A stretch of DNA of 63,989 bases, counting the filler, from Trypethelium eluteriae (Eukaryota): the NCBI GenBank assembly GCA_051942245.1. It is 3 parts of 3 records of this genome, joined end to end, with 100 filler letters (N's around TTAATTAATTAA, not from the genome) between each part and the next. Parts side by side here need not be neighbours in the genome. Positions count along the whole stretch, not along the records: positions 1 to 21,669 come from JAVECL010000466.1; 2 more parts are not named here. One strand, 5' to 3'. Both the position numbers and the translations under genes were made by a program. Shown piece by piece: positions 1 to 12,318 of this stretch. The first letter of the stretch is position 1; each line of letters begins with the position of its first letter. The notes below the pieces were generated by a model. That model was not told the DNA's origin, did not search any database, and saw only the letters and a list, made by a program, of their open reading frames with translations.

Positions 1-924
1 GCAGAGTATGAGGGCGAGGGGGTGGGGAAAAGAGGGGAGATGAGGTATGTTTTCTCAAGGAGATGGGCTTAGGGACGACATTTTGAGTATTCTGGATGGC
101 GCTTTTGGTTGGTTGTAAACGATACCAGGATTATGGGTCGAGGTGAAATGTCCTGATCGTGCTGATCTTCTGTGGAGGATCCGGAGCTGCGCGGCAATTC
201 GCAGGATTGACCGGATTGCCTTCAGCTTCAGCTATGGTCCGGAAAGCGTAGGATAGGCATGAAACTCATCATACGAAGCGAAGTTTCCTTTGCTAAGGGC
301 TGTCTGACCGAGAGTCTATCGGTTCGCTCTTGGGCGTTAGTCTGGCTAGGGGCCCATTGAAACAGCCTGTTTCGCATGGCCCCTATCGACAGAGGGAGGG
401 AGCCAGAAGTCAGAGCCTTATTCTTCTAGTACAATAAGTACGTGGATCTCCTACTACATCCTCAAGCAGGAGAGTATATCTTGACCGCAACCTCTCCATT
501 TAATCTCGACTTGTCCGCTTGCCAAGCTCCGAAAAAAGTGACAGGAGGTTGATGAGTCATGACCACAAGCTTACCTTAGGTAGGTACCTATCTTGAGAAG
601 TTTGTCTCCAGTTTTGTTCAGCATTAGAAATCAACCGAGAGAACGAAAATCTAAGTGATAGAAAGCTTCTGCAAGCTTTTCTATTCTCTCCGAGCTATAT
701 CAACTTGCTGTTTGAGCTGCCATATCTATTCACTGCTGAATCAATCGCTAGCAAACACCATGCAAGGAATATCAAAAGCTCTCCGCTATGCACCTTGATT
801 CCATGCAAGACTCTCATAAATAGCATTAACTCGTGTGTAAAGACCAATGAGCCAGACCAGCAATACACCTCGAAGCAATAATTCCCACGACTTTGGCAAA
901 GCATCTCCAGTGCCTTAGAACCCC

Positions 925-2349
925 CTAAATTTTGGTATTTTTCTTCGGAGTCCCTTGCAGCACCGCTGCTCCACTCATCCTCATCCCCTTCAATGCACCT
1001 TCGACAGTGCTCCTCCTGCGGCTCACTGCCTGATGCCTTTTCTCGATCTCGTCCTCAAATGAAACAGCCAACCGGCGTTTCTCACGTCGAGCATCCTTCA
1101 TACGTTGCAGGATCTGCGAGAATTGGGCAACGAACCAGTCTCCAGCATCCTCCCAATCGTCGAGGCTAAGGCTGGCGAGAAAATCCGCCTGCTGGTCTGG
1201 AGGAAGCGCGCTAACTTGGAGAAGACGCTCGGCGAGGGGTTTTGCTTGGTCAGCGCCGTGGAGAACAGGGTCGCCAGCGTTAGGATCATTGTCGAAAGGC
1301 ATGCGTTTGAGGTCATTGAAGCTCTTGGAATAGAGTTCAGGAGGTTCGAAATCCAGCTCAAGCTGATCGTGCTCCTGCGGGGATATAGGTAGTTCTGTAT
1401 GCGGCGCTCGGGCCTGCACAGTAGGATGCTTGGTGTCTGCGGTGTGCCTGTAGGGTGTTGAACGCGGTGTTACTTGTTCTGCAGTCTTGGTAGGTATTTG
1501 TGGAGTGATTGGACGACTTTCGCGCTGTGCAATCCGTTGAGGCATTCCTGCTTGCTGACGAACTTGTTGATAGACATCTCGTTGTCGACGATCCATATGC
1601 AAATCGCCCTTTGAGCTCAGCTGGTTATGTGCATTTGCGATCTGGTCGCCCGTCGGAGGTCTCGAAGGGTCGATTTCGGCAACAGAGCGTTGAGGGTCCA
1701 CGTCGAAGCGCTGCGTTTCGTCTTCTACGTCGGACTGTCCTACAGGAGACTGATGCTGAGCGCCATGCACTTCACCTTCTTGAGCGGGAATGTCATCATC
1801 TTCCCAGTGCCCCGATGTTGTTGTTGGATACGATTCTGCGCCTCCAAACCATGCAAATTGGCCATCCTGAATCTGGAGCACACGGCCGCTGTCAAGCATA
1901 TCAAGCGCTTGCTCGTCCGTTTCGAAGTCGTCTGGATACTGCCGCCGTAGCGCCCGCGCATTTTCGAATCGATCGTCTCTCCCTTCGTCATCCTCATTAT
2001 CGGAGTGCGAGTCTAGAATTGGCTGCGTCTGTTGCCTTGCGTGTCCAGATGCCTCCTGCTGTTGACGTGCATAGAGCACACTAGAGTTGGTAGTGGTATC
2101 TCCAATACTCTCAGTATCAGTGTCGAAAGCACCGTGGTAATGCTGCTCGTAAATCTCGTTTTGCCTGTGGGCTTCTTGTTTTAGGTTAGACGGTGGAGCG
2201 AGAGGTGCCATGACATTTTTTGAACCTTTAGCTTGAGCTTCAGGCAGATCGGATCTTTTCTGCACTTTTGTTGATGAATTGACGTGAACCCTACGCTTCT
2301 TCGGAGGCTCATTCGAGCGTCCCAGTTGCTCCTTTACGAAGGCATCCAT
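925..2349 (-). CDS. Ecm11-like protein (C-terminal ECM11 domain, long disordered N-terminus)
   Basis: 474-aa single-exon ORF. The C-terminal LDFEPPELYSKSFNDLKRMPFD...FLASLSLDDWEDAGDWFVAQFSQILQRMKDARREKR...FEDEIEKR pattern matches Pezizomycotina ECM11-domain proteins. Confidence 0.75.
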   Translation of the reverse strand: MDAFVKEQLGRSNEPPKKRRVHVNSSTKVQKRSDLPEAQAKGSKNVMAPLAPPSNLKQEAHRQNEIYEQHYHGAFDTDTESIGDTTTNSSVLYARQQQEASGHARQQTQPILDSHSDNEDDEGRDDRFENARALRRQYPDDFETDEQALDMLDSGRVLQIQDGQFAWFGGAESYPTTTSGHWEDDDIPAQEGEVHGAQHQSPVGQSDVEDETQRFDVDPQRSVAEIDPSRPPTGDQIANAHNQLSSKGDLHMDRRQRDVYQQVRQQAGMPQRIAQRESRPITPQIPTKTAEQVTPRSTPYRHTADTKHPTVQARAPHTELPISPQEHDQLELDFEPPELYSKSFNDLKRMPFDNDPNAGDPVLHGADQAKPLAERLLQVSALPPDQQADFLASLSLDDWEDAGDWFVAQFSQILQRMKDARREKRRLAVSFEDEIEKRHQAVSRRRSTVEGALKGMRMSGAAVLQGTPKKNTKI

Positions 2350-2492
2350 CTTGCCAAGCTATACGATGTACGGGTTCAGGCGTACTCAAGGACAAGAGCA
2401 AAGACAAACTGCGCTGTGTAACTTTTGACGAGTTCGGAATTGGCATGCGCCCCTATAATAGTCTGACAAGATACTCCATAGCTGCATGAGGA

Positions 2493-2518
2493 ACGCGTCT
2501 CATCGATTGTCGCGTCGC
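2493..2518. promoter_or_regulatory. MCB-like elements (ACGCGT / CGCGTC) in the divergent ECM11-like/F-box intergenic region
   Basis: ACGCGT at 2493-2498 and CGCGTCGC at 2511-2518, about 150 bp upstream of the minus-strand ATG. Confidence 0.35.
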
Positions 2519-2726
2519 ATCCTAGGGAGTACATGCCTTCTTATCGATATGCAAGAGCTAGTGCCTAGTTGGAAACAATGAAAGATACTACGTCATCCTT
2601 GTCTTGATCTTATCATACCGTTTTCCTCTTGTCAATTGACACATATTTGACATTTTGTGTGCTTTTAAGTCTTCATCAAACGTTGTACAAGACCTTTAGA
2701 CTTTTTAATTTTCTTCTGTAGACGCA

Positions 2727-3798
2727 ATGTCCATGACCTTTCCTCCTATCTATAACTTACCAAATGAGGTATGGCACGCAGCAATGCCCATCCATGGATA
2801 GCACCTTAATCTAACGCTTGCTTGACCTATAGCTCTTGCTCAACGTATTTTCGATAATACCTACACCCGCTCTTCTCCCCTTAATTGCTGTCTCTGGTCG
2901 CTTTAGCGCCCTCATCCTCCGACTCTTCAGAACTCGTCTCCTCCAAGCGACCAATCTCGACGAATACCTCTTACTCCTCGAATGCTTTCAGCCAAGCGCC
3001 AAGCTCACGGAACCACCTTCATTTTGCACCTACCTCGGCACTAACGGCCTCGATGCTGTGGCGGATCCCTCCCTTCCATCACTCAAAGGCAATGGTTCTG
3101 GTACGGACGTTGCCGATGAGCTGAAGCGCCTTTCAGGACTCTATTCACGTTTCCGGCCCAACCGTCAGAGGCCTGACCCTACACCTCGACGGTGGCATCC
3201 TCCAGGAGATATTCCAGGCTCCAGAACGTGGGAAAATGTGGAAGCGAGCTCCAGGCAAGCGGTCGCGACCGACAACGAGACGGTGACGCAGAAAGTATCA
3301 TTAGAGGCGGGGGATCTCCTCACGCAGTTATGTGCGGTAACAAATCTTGTCAAACTCGAGCCAAGGAGAGGGTTGATATCTGATCGGGTGGAAATCAGTG
3401 AGGGTATCATACGCATATGGAGAGATTGGCTGTCCAGAAGATCCAAGGAATATCCCGCATCCGGCCTCAGCGGTTTACAGTCTGGCCCAACAGAAGATGA
3501 GCGGATACTATGGGCCAATGACGGTCAGAACGTGGGGATCAAATTGCGAGTTCGGCAACGGAAGTGGAGGAAAGATGAACCTGTCTTATTCTCCTCTGAA
3601 GATGAGGTTGCAGTTGATTACAATATCGAGTATGACGGTAGGCACTAAAAGAGTCCCATATAATGGCCAAGCTAACAGGATTTAGAATTACTTGTGCGGA
3701 CCTCCCACTTGCTTCTGAAATTGGAAGAGTCTCGAAATAGACAGGACCTTGGATCCGGCAAGGCTGTAGTATTTGGGTCGTTTCATCGAGCATCATAA
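2727..3798 (+). CDS. F-box domain protein (3 exons)
   Basis: ATG 2727 gives MSMTFPPIYNLPNE; GT-AG intron 2769-2832; then LLLNVFS... (F-box LPxELLxxIF motif); intron 3638-3685; last exon ELLVRTSHLLLKLEES...GKAVVFGSF, stop 3798. Confidence 0.8.
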
Positions 3799-4092
3799 CG
3801 TTTATTTTGTGACCTGTTCCACTGTAGATAGCTTCTTTATCATTACCGAAATCCGAAGGAAGTACAGAGTGTACTGTCCAGTTCTTCCATAGATCTTGCG
3901 GGTTATTGGGCAGTTTAGCTCCTCGCTCTTGGCTTATCGGTACTGCTTCAGCAGATTATCAGATAGGGACTCCGTATCTACAGAATATCATTGCTTAATT
4001 TGTCGAACGCGGGCCATGTTACCCCGGATTATCCTGTCGATCCCGCCAGCCAATCAGAGAATGCTTATTCCATACCCCACTGACGACAAGTG

Positions 4093-4102
4093 CCGATATC
4101 GG
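4093..4102 (+). promoter_or_regulatory. Leu3/LeuB-type binding site CCG-N4-CGG upstream of LEU1
   Basis: CCGATATCGG, a perfect palindrome ending about 120 bp before the LEU1 ATG. Confidence 0.7.
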
Positions 4103-4224
4103 ACCTTCTGCTTCAAGTGCTACAATTTCATGGAGTATTTGACCGTTCACATGGAGCCATAAACTTCGATTGTGATTACAATCTTCTTTATCTATTTGCA
4201 CTGAGAGGACGACGGTAGAGCATC

Positions 4225-6721
4225 ATGCCTTCTGCAGTACCTGGACCTCGTACATTGTACGACAAGGTCTTCGATGACCACATTGTTGATGAGAAACCAG
4301 ATGGGACCGTCCTCTTGTACATTGGTATGTTTGTAGCGAAAATGTCGACATCATGAACTCATGCATTGCGCTGCAGATCGACATCTGGTTCACGAAGTCA
4401 CATCGCCAGTAAGTTAGATAATATTCGAGCGAGGATCTTGAATGGCAAAATTTGATTTATTTTATAGCAAGCATTTGAAGGCCTACGAAATGCCAAGCGG
4501 AAAGTCCGAAGACCAGACTGTACTTTAGCCACCACCGACCATGTAGGAAAGAAGTATTTTTAAACATAATTCTGTTCAAATTAACACGCGATAGAACATA
4601 CCTACCACTCCTAGAAAGAACTTCAAAAATGTTACTCAATTCATCGAGGAGCAAGACTCTCGCACGCAATGTGAAACTTTGGAAGATAACGTCAAGGCTT
4701 TCGGTCTTACCTACTTTGGTATGGGTGACAAGAGACAAGGCATTGTACACATCATTGGACCCGAGCAGGGGTTCACTCTCCCAGGCACGACGGTAGTCTG
4801 TGGTGACAGTCATACCTCGACGCATGGTGCATTTGGTGCGCTTGCATTTGGAATTGGTACAAGCGAGGTCGAGCATGTCCTGGCGACACAGACCCTCATC
4901 ACAAGACGGAGCAAGAACATGAGGGTACAAGTTGATGGACCTCTGGCCCCAGGAGTGAGTAGTAAAGATATAATCTTGCATGTCATCGGCAAGATTGGCA
5001 CAGCTGGTGGTACGGGCCACGTCATTGAGTACTGCGGATCTGCTATTCGCGCATTGAGCATGGAGGCGCGGATGTCAATTTGCAACATGTCCATTGAAGG
5101 AGGAGCGAGGGCTGGAATGGTCGCGCCAGACGAGATTACTTTCGAATACCTTAAGGATCGACCGCTCGCACCGAAGTTCGGAACATCTGAATGGGATAAA
5201 GCGGTCAGGAATTGGTCCGCTCTCAAATCAGATCCTGATGCCAGATATGACCATGAAGTTTTCATCAATAGCAAGGACATTGCGCCAACGGTCTCATGGG
5301 GTACCTCACCACAAGATGTTGTCCCCATTACTGGAGTCGTGCCTGGACCAAACGACTTCAAAGAAGAAAGTAAGAAGAAGGCATGCGAGCGCGCGCTTGA
5401 ATATATGGGCTTGACTGCAGGCACACCAATGCAAGACATTGTTCTTGACAAAATATTCATTGGGTCTTGCACCAATAGCCGGATAGAGGACCTTCGTACT
5501 GCATCACGAATCGTACAGGGCAAGAAGATTTCCCCCAATCTTAAGCGTGCGATGGTGGTGCCCGGATCCGGTCTCATCAAAAAGCAAGCCGAGTCGGAGG
5601 GTCTTGACAAGATATTCCTTGATGCCGGCTTTGAATGGCGTGAAGCAGGCTGCTCTATGTGTCTCGGCATGAATCCCGACATTCTTTCACCACAGGAACG
5701 TTGCGCTAGTACCTCGAATCGCAACTTTGAAGGCCGTCAAGGTGCCGGTGGTCGAACTCACCTTATGTCACCCGCGATGGCCGCCGCCGCAGCACTTGTT
5801 GGCAGGCTGGCAGATGTCCGCAAAATCGCGTCTCCCTCTGAATACACTCCCGTTAAAGCCGAACCCAAGGTCGAGCTCGACCCTTCTGTTGATGACCCGG
5901 TCACAGACGAGGACCTCGACCGAATTCTTGACCTTCCAGAGGGTGAAGCTTCCCAGGGCAATAGCGTTGGCTCCGGAGGCCCAGCAGGCGGAACTGGCAT
6001 GCCGCCATTCAAGCAACTCAAGGGCATTGCAGCACCAATGGATCGTTCAAATGTCGACACTGACGCGATCATTCCCAAACAATTCCTCAAGACCATTAAG
6101 CGCTCCGGTCTCGGCTCGGCACTCTTTCATGCCTGGCGCTATGATCATAGTTCGGGCGCGGACCAAAAGGAATTTGTGCTGAACACAGAGCCGTATCGGA
6201 AAGCGAAGATCCTCGTTGCAGGGGAGAATTTCGGGTGCGGAAGCAGCCGCGAACACGCTCCATGGGCACTCCTCGACTTCGGCATTATATGTGTGATTGC
6301 GCCGAGCTTTGGTGATATCTTCTTCAACAATACCTTCAAAAATGGAATGTTGCCAATTGCCATCCAAGACTCAGCAGCACATGCCAAGATCATGGAGGAA
6401 GCGAAGGCTGGCTGTGAGATTGAGATTGACTTGCCCAGTCAAGTGATCAAAGCAGCTGATGGAAGCGAATTGGCCAAGTTCGAGGTTGACGGCTTCAGGA
6501 AGCACTGTCTCGTAAATGGTCTTGATGACATTGGGCTTACGTTGCAGATGGCGGATAAAATTAGTATGTTTGAAAGGAAGAGAAGTGAGGTCACTCCATG
6601 GTTGGATGGAAGTGGTTACCTCAAAAGAAAAGGTCTGGGCCAAGGCCCTGTGAAAGTGGAGGCTGTAGATGTTCCGAAGACAAACAGAGGCGAGGTAAAG
6701 GGTGAACCTCTTGAGTGGTGA
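4225..6721 (+). CDS. LEU1: 3-isopropylmalate dehydratase (fused large+small subunit), 4 exons
   Basis: ATG 4225 [19 protein letters not shown]; introns about 4325-4376, 4409-4467, 4543-4594. Motifs [74 protein letters not shown]. Confidence 0.98.
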
Positions 6722-6867
6722 TGGCTCACTCAAACTTGTTGATGTTCTGTTCAGACATAGGTCTCGAGAGCGAGTAACGGTGCAATGTGGGTTGCTGAGG
6801 ACATTGCTCTGCGTTTTCGGCATCTTTCACCCAATTAGCGACTTCTGTGTTCCAATAACGACGATGA

Positions 6868-8431
6868 TCATGATCTCGATATGCCAAGTGACCAATTGTC
6901 AGCTGTAAATACAAGCAAGGCCAGGCTATGGCGGACCCATAGTCCAAGTAGTCCGCACGCTATTTGCATCCCCAGCAATCCTGTCGCTAGTCTATCCTCC
7001 CTCATAGGCCCGAACCACACCAACCACAAATTTATGATTGTAAAGTTTGAGCTGCGAACAACCCTTCCCTCTTCATCCTCCTCCGTCTTTAGTAGTCTTA
7101 AGTTGCCTAACACCTTTACCACAAGTTCGACGGGCGGTCTTAGTGGCTTCTGAGTGAAATCTGCCATGCTTGGCTCCAGCAGACCAGTCCTCCCATTGAA
7201 CCTTGGAAGTCGATGCCTAGGGCACGGCACTACATGAAACAGCTGCGGAGCGCTGTATAAGAAATTCGCGATTTGCGGTATCAATAGCAGCAATAACGTT
7301 TTACTGAAGTGGCCCTGGATTCCCACCACCGCGAATACCATGCCTGCGAAGTAGCAGTACGTGTCACCGACGAAGACCTTGGCAGGATACCAGTTTTGAG
7401 TCCATAGCGCGAGAGAAGTGCCGAGGAAGGGTAGGAGTAGATAAAGCGAGAAGAAGTGCGAGTCCGTGGCTGGGTGGGGAGGAGCCGAAGGAGAGATAGG
7501 GAGCACGTAGAGGAGGTCGTTCAGGATAAGAAGGAGAGCGATGATAATGGATTGGGAGACTTCAAGACCGTTGATGCCGGCGAGGATATTAATGCTATTG
7601 GGACAGAAAATGCCGATTGACGCCATGTAGGCATAGTAAAGCCAGCCTGATTTTCGTGTGGTCAGAAGGTGAAGCTATGCAGATTCCTGTACGATATACG
7701 TACCTAGATTGAGGAGCTCGCCAAAGTAGGGACGGAGGAGCTTAGGGACGACGATTTGGGTTACGCCAAAGTCGACAAAATAGACGATGAGCATGGGTAT
7801 TGAGGCGAAGGCCGGGATAAGTAGCTTGTGTCGCCATCTTATGTCGAACAAATCGTCGCCGAGCCCAAGTATCACGACAGATTGAAGTGAAAGTATGGCT
7901 GATAGATAAGAAGCAAGCTAAATCTCATCAGCTTCCTCCCAGGGGAAATCATTCGATGTTGCGGACCTTGCTATGAGGAAAGCGGTGGAGAAATCGTCCA
8001 GTTTCGACCTGTTCCGCTTTGACTATGAAATCTCTGTTTCCTCCTCCTGAAGTCGCAACGACGATGTCTTTGTAGAATGGAAATGGTATAAACACAATAA
8101 TTATGAGTAGATATACAACGGCGCAAACTGCACCCATCGTCTCTGGACTGTCTTGCATCGTCAGCTAGGAGATATGCGCAAGCGCTAACAAAACATACAT
8201 GATTGGCGCATTCCTCTTCGACATATCCTTCCCCTTGAGACCAGCGCGTATGAAGACATCCCCAAGCCATCGTATCAGAGCATATGTGCTGGCGAAAGCA
8301 ATGCCGCTAAATGCAATTGAGGCGATTAGTGGCTCGCCATCGCCATGAAAAGTGTTGGCAATGATTCCAACACATGCTGCAAAGAGTGAGAAGAGAGATA
8401 GAGTCTCTGTGCGACTCAGAGAACTTGACAT
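6868..8431 (-). CDS. ALG7: UDP-GlcNAc:dolichyl-phosphate GlcNAc-1-phosphotransferase (multi-exon)
   Basis: Consecutive minus-strand exons give GLKGKDMSK...PETMGAVCAVVY, LGLGDDLFDIRWRHK, FCPNSINILAGINGLEV, WYPAKVFVGDTYCYFAGM, PCPRHRLPR. Confidence 0.95.
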
Positions 8432-8720
8432 TGCTCAGTGCTTGGCGAGTCGTTCAGTGTATTCTCGTCTTGTTTACAGGCAACGTAATTTAAAATAATT
8501 TTGCCGGGCGGTGGCAGGGGGTTATCGACATTGCGGAGCGGACCCCCGAAAACGCTCTACTCTATTGGACTGGTACTAAAGGCCATCGCTAAAGAGGAGA
8601 GGTACCATGATGATGATGCTGATGGTGGACACAGCAAATTTCAAGATGGATTTGAGAAATTGAGGAGTCATCTGCTGCCTCAAGCTTATCAGCTTCATCC
8701 CTGCGTCTCTCCGGACTACA

Positions 8721-10103
8721 ATGGCCACTGCTTTCGATCATGGCCACAAGGACTTAGTCCTTGCTATCGATTATAATCTGTACGGAAATCGTATGGTCAC
8801 TGCTTCTTCAGATCATACGCTGAGGGTATGGGATAAAGAAGGAGATGCTTGGGAGTTGATGGACTCATGGAAAGCACATGATGCTGAGGTTACTGATGTA
8901 CGACTATTTTCTTTCTGCACATTTTGATACTTTCGCTCTTCCAAGCTCAAGTCTTCACTAAATCTGGGCGACCAATGTCTTGGGATCTTTGGGCAGATTT
9001 ACACGATTTACGAAGTGCAATATCTGATATATCTCTGCGTATGTTTAGGTCAAATGGAACGGTCCATTTAGTGGTGAAATGTTAGCAAGCATTGGTGAAG
9101 ATGGCATTTTCAAAGTCTGGGAAGAAGATCCACTCGAGCGACCCAACTCTCACAAACGCTTCCGGAGAATGTACCAACTGTGGTCTCCTACCAAGGTCCC
9201 TTTTATGTCGTTGGACTTCAAGGATATCGGAGCAGACACTTTCGTCGCCCTGATCACTAGAGACGGGTACCTAATGATCTGCGAACCCGTTGATAGTGAT
9301 GACTTTCGGGACTGGCAAGTCTTGACGCAAATGTACGTCTGTCCAACGCCTCCGCGGACCGACGAGACCAGCTTTCGAGTCAGCTTTCACCATGAAAAAC
9401 TCCCAGGGTGGCATGCCATCGCCGCTGGATTAGATCGCAAATCTCTTGGATTGGCTGTTGCTGCCATGGACAAGGTTATTGTCTATCGGACTGATCGCGA
9501 ACGACAGCTTTACATCGCAGCCGAACTTCTTGGTGCCCGTGGCCTAGTCCGTGATGTGGCGTGGGCAAATGGTGCGATGCGAGGATTTGATGTCATTGCA
9601 ACAGCGAGCAAGGATGGCGCAGTCCGAGTCTATGAGCTCACGACACCCATGCGGTCAGAATCCACCCCCACATCTTCGGAGAAGGATCTGGATAGTCCAA
9701 GAACCAGTTCAGAGATCCCGCGTTCGAAAGAACAAAGGCGAGCGCAGTCTGGGATCGGAGCCGGACTTGCGGGCAGTCCGCAGCCTAATTTGACTGGTCA
9801 AGGTAGCAGTGGAGATCGTAGCAGGATCAAGCATGACGTTAAACTCGTGTCTGAGCTTCACGAGCATGAGGGTGCTGTTTGGCGAGTAGGGTTCTCACCA
9901 ATGGGTAAATTGACCGTCTTATCTACTATTCTCTAAATTGGCTAACAACGGACGCAGGAGATGTTCTCATTTCTTCTGGTGATGATGGGAAAATCAGAAC
10001 CTGGAAGAGAGCGTTTGATGCTTCTAATGGCACTGCAGAATGGATTGAATATTCGGTTGTGGGAACCCGCCCTGACGAGGAAGAAACACCCTATGAAGAG
10101 TGA
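8721..10103 (+). CDS. SEH1: WD40 nucleoporin Seh1 (3 exons)
   Basis: HGHKDLVLAIDYNLYGNRMVTASSDH, WKAHDAEVTD|VKWNGP, VRDVAWA, IATASKDGAVRVY, HEGAVWRVGFS|GDVLISSGDDGKIRTWKR; stop at 10101-10103. Confidence 0.88.
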
Positions 10104-11026
10104 AGCTCCTGTCTCGAAAGAGACTATTGTATACTTGAGCGAATTAGATATCCAGGGAATATCGGAGTCCATGGAGCGCTTAGCCTGCCTTCAGAAACGC
10201 AGAACTTTTCGAGGGCTGAGATTTAACTGCTTATTTTCCGCTGGTTAGAGAAAAGCTTCACTTGAATTAACATCATGCTTCTAATCTCTTTTGAGTAATA
10301 GGTTCACTGCCCGGGATTTGTTTTAAAGCCTTACGTGCAGAGCCGATCTATTAAGATTGTAGCCTCTCAATGGCACATTCGCGCATGCCAGACCCATCGA
10401 GCAGGCCATGCACGTACCGTGAGTCAAAGTGAAGGTCAGCCTCGCTCGCTGTCCTAGCTGTCAGCGGATTGCAAGAAGGAGCTCTTCATACTTCGATGAA
10501 TCAATGAATAGAATTGAATGACACGCAACGATAGGATTTGGCCAGGATGCAAGAACTCATTACAGCCCATTCATTGATACACTGGTGATCTCAGTTGAAC
10601 CTAATTGGTACATTAGGCAATCGAAATAACGAGGCAGTCGTGCAGCCGTAGTTTTTCGCAGACACGCTAGGGTGACATAGCAATCAGAGTGAACCAAGGC
10701 AGTTCACTTAGAAACTTGGTGATCTCCATCTTCATCATAAAAGGAGAGCAATTTTTGATCAGTTATACTTCGGTATACTCATAAATCCTAGGCAATAGAG
10801 TACTGGGTCTTGGAAATGAACATAGGTAAAGTGGTATCATAGAAATACCTAAAAAGCCGAGGGACTCGGTACCACAGGATGCTGATCATAGTCAAAAGGA
10901 GATTGGTAAAGAGACGAGCATCTAATTTTGTCTCAGGACAGACTTCGAAAATCCAGAAGCCCAGAAAGCTTGATCCAAACGCCATGCAATGCTAGCCTCT
11001 CTAATCAATACAGAAACGTGGACAGA

Positions 11027-11982
11027 TTACCAATCGACAACCCATCCAGCATTGTTTTTCCAGAACTCTTCGATGGCTGATCGAAGAGCCAAATTTGGTC
11101 GCAAATCATTAATCGTCAAAGGCTCACGTGTCAATGGATCGTATGGACTGCGTTTAAGATGCTCGATTATCGTGGTCCGATCGTAGGATTGTCCATTCTT
11201 GGTAACGACAGGATCATTCATCACCTCAAACGTGATTCCATCAAGAAAATAGTCAGGTACTTCCTAGAACACGATCAGTCATAGTCCTGAGATGCGGCGA
11301 CGTGACAGAGTCCCAGTGTCTAACTCTAGCGCTAGGTATACTTCATTCCCACTGGACTCACCCGATGGGGCTGGTTTTGAGGATCAGCGACCGCGAAAGT
11401 ACTCCTCAACTCGTCTACATTCTTCTTCCATGCTTCTCTTGCCCACCTCCTTTCTTGGTCGGCATCGTGACCTCTCATGTCCCCGCTCTTGAGCTTCTCA
11501 TTAATGCTTTCTAACTCCTCATCCAAGTCCTGCTGTAGCTTGTCCTCCAACAGTACTCTCAAGGCGCCTCTTGTCCGAAGCCTATCCCTTTCCCTTGCCT
11601 CAAACTTTGCCTTCTTACATGACGTGACCAATTCGGCTGCACTATTTGTGCTTGTGCTTCTCGTGAACAAAGCAACGTTGTATGCGGTCAACGCGCTTGT
11701 CAGCGCCTCGTTCGGATGCTTCAAGCCCATCTGCGCTTGTGCCAAGTAATAGTACGCCTTGATATTGTTGTTTGGGTTAAGTTCCAAGCTCTTAAGACAA
11801 TCATCGATGACAGGACTCCATTCTTCTAGCTTAATTCGAGCGTAAGCGCGATTGGTGAAGAGAAAAGGGTTCGTAGGGTCCTTCTGAATTGCAGCACTGT
11901 ATTTGGACGTAGCGGCCACGTAGTCTCCGGTCTTAAAAAGCGCATTGCCCTCTTCCTTGAGTTTTTCAGCGAGGTGAGCCAT
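11027..11982 (-). CDS. STUB1: TPR + U-box E3 ubiquitin ligase (CHIP/STUB1 homolog), 2 exons
   Basis: N-terminal TPR (AEKLKEEGNALFK...FTNRAYARIKL). After one intron, U-box VPDYFLDGITFEVMNDPVVTKNGQSYDR...DPLTREPL...LRPNLALR. Confidence 0.92.
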
Positions 11983-12318
11983 ACATATTGAAGGTCAGAG
12001 CTGACCGACGGATCGATATGAGGATATATTCAAAGGAGGCGGCGCAACGCATTGTTCACAAGTGGCGCCACTTCCTTTATTCACAGGTACGGATAGAATC
12101 TCACGGAAAGCCGGAGATTAAACAACACCACCCTGCATGCACCGTCCGCACTCGACACTTTGCACAGGATCTATTAGAAGCCTTCGCCCAAGTGTCTTTT
12201 TACCATGTCTCCAGTCCTGCCTCTTCCGGCAGCTACAAAGCGCCTTTAATCGTCAAGAAGCATTCACGAGGGTTGGCTCCAGATAAACGTTTATGAGGGT
12301 TATGCTTTGGGGTCCTTC

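Noticed and set aside
571..592. taggtaggtaccta-type motifs (also about 40641-40668 and 48967-49010)
   Set aside because: Short low-complexity intergenic motifs common in filamentous ascomycetes; no specific function supportable.
4810..5724. 304-aa minus ORF and other long antisense ORFs over LEU1, RDH54, DPP and ECM11-like genes
   Set aside because: Antisense shadows of well-supported genes, with no independent motifs.
10104..11026. Possible RNA gene in the SEH1-STUB1 intergenic region
   Set aside because: No tRNA cloverleaf, A/B boxes or snoRNA boxes identifiable by eye; Infernal/tRNAscan would be needed.
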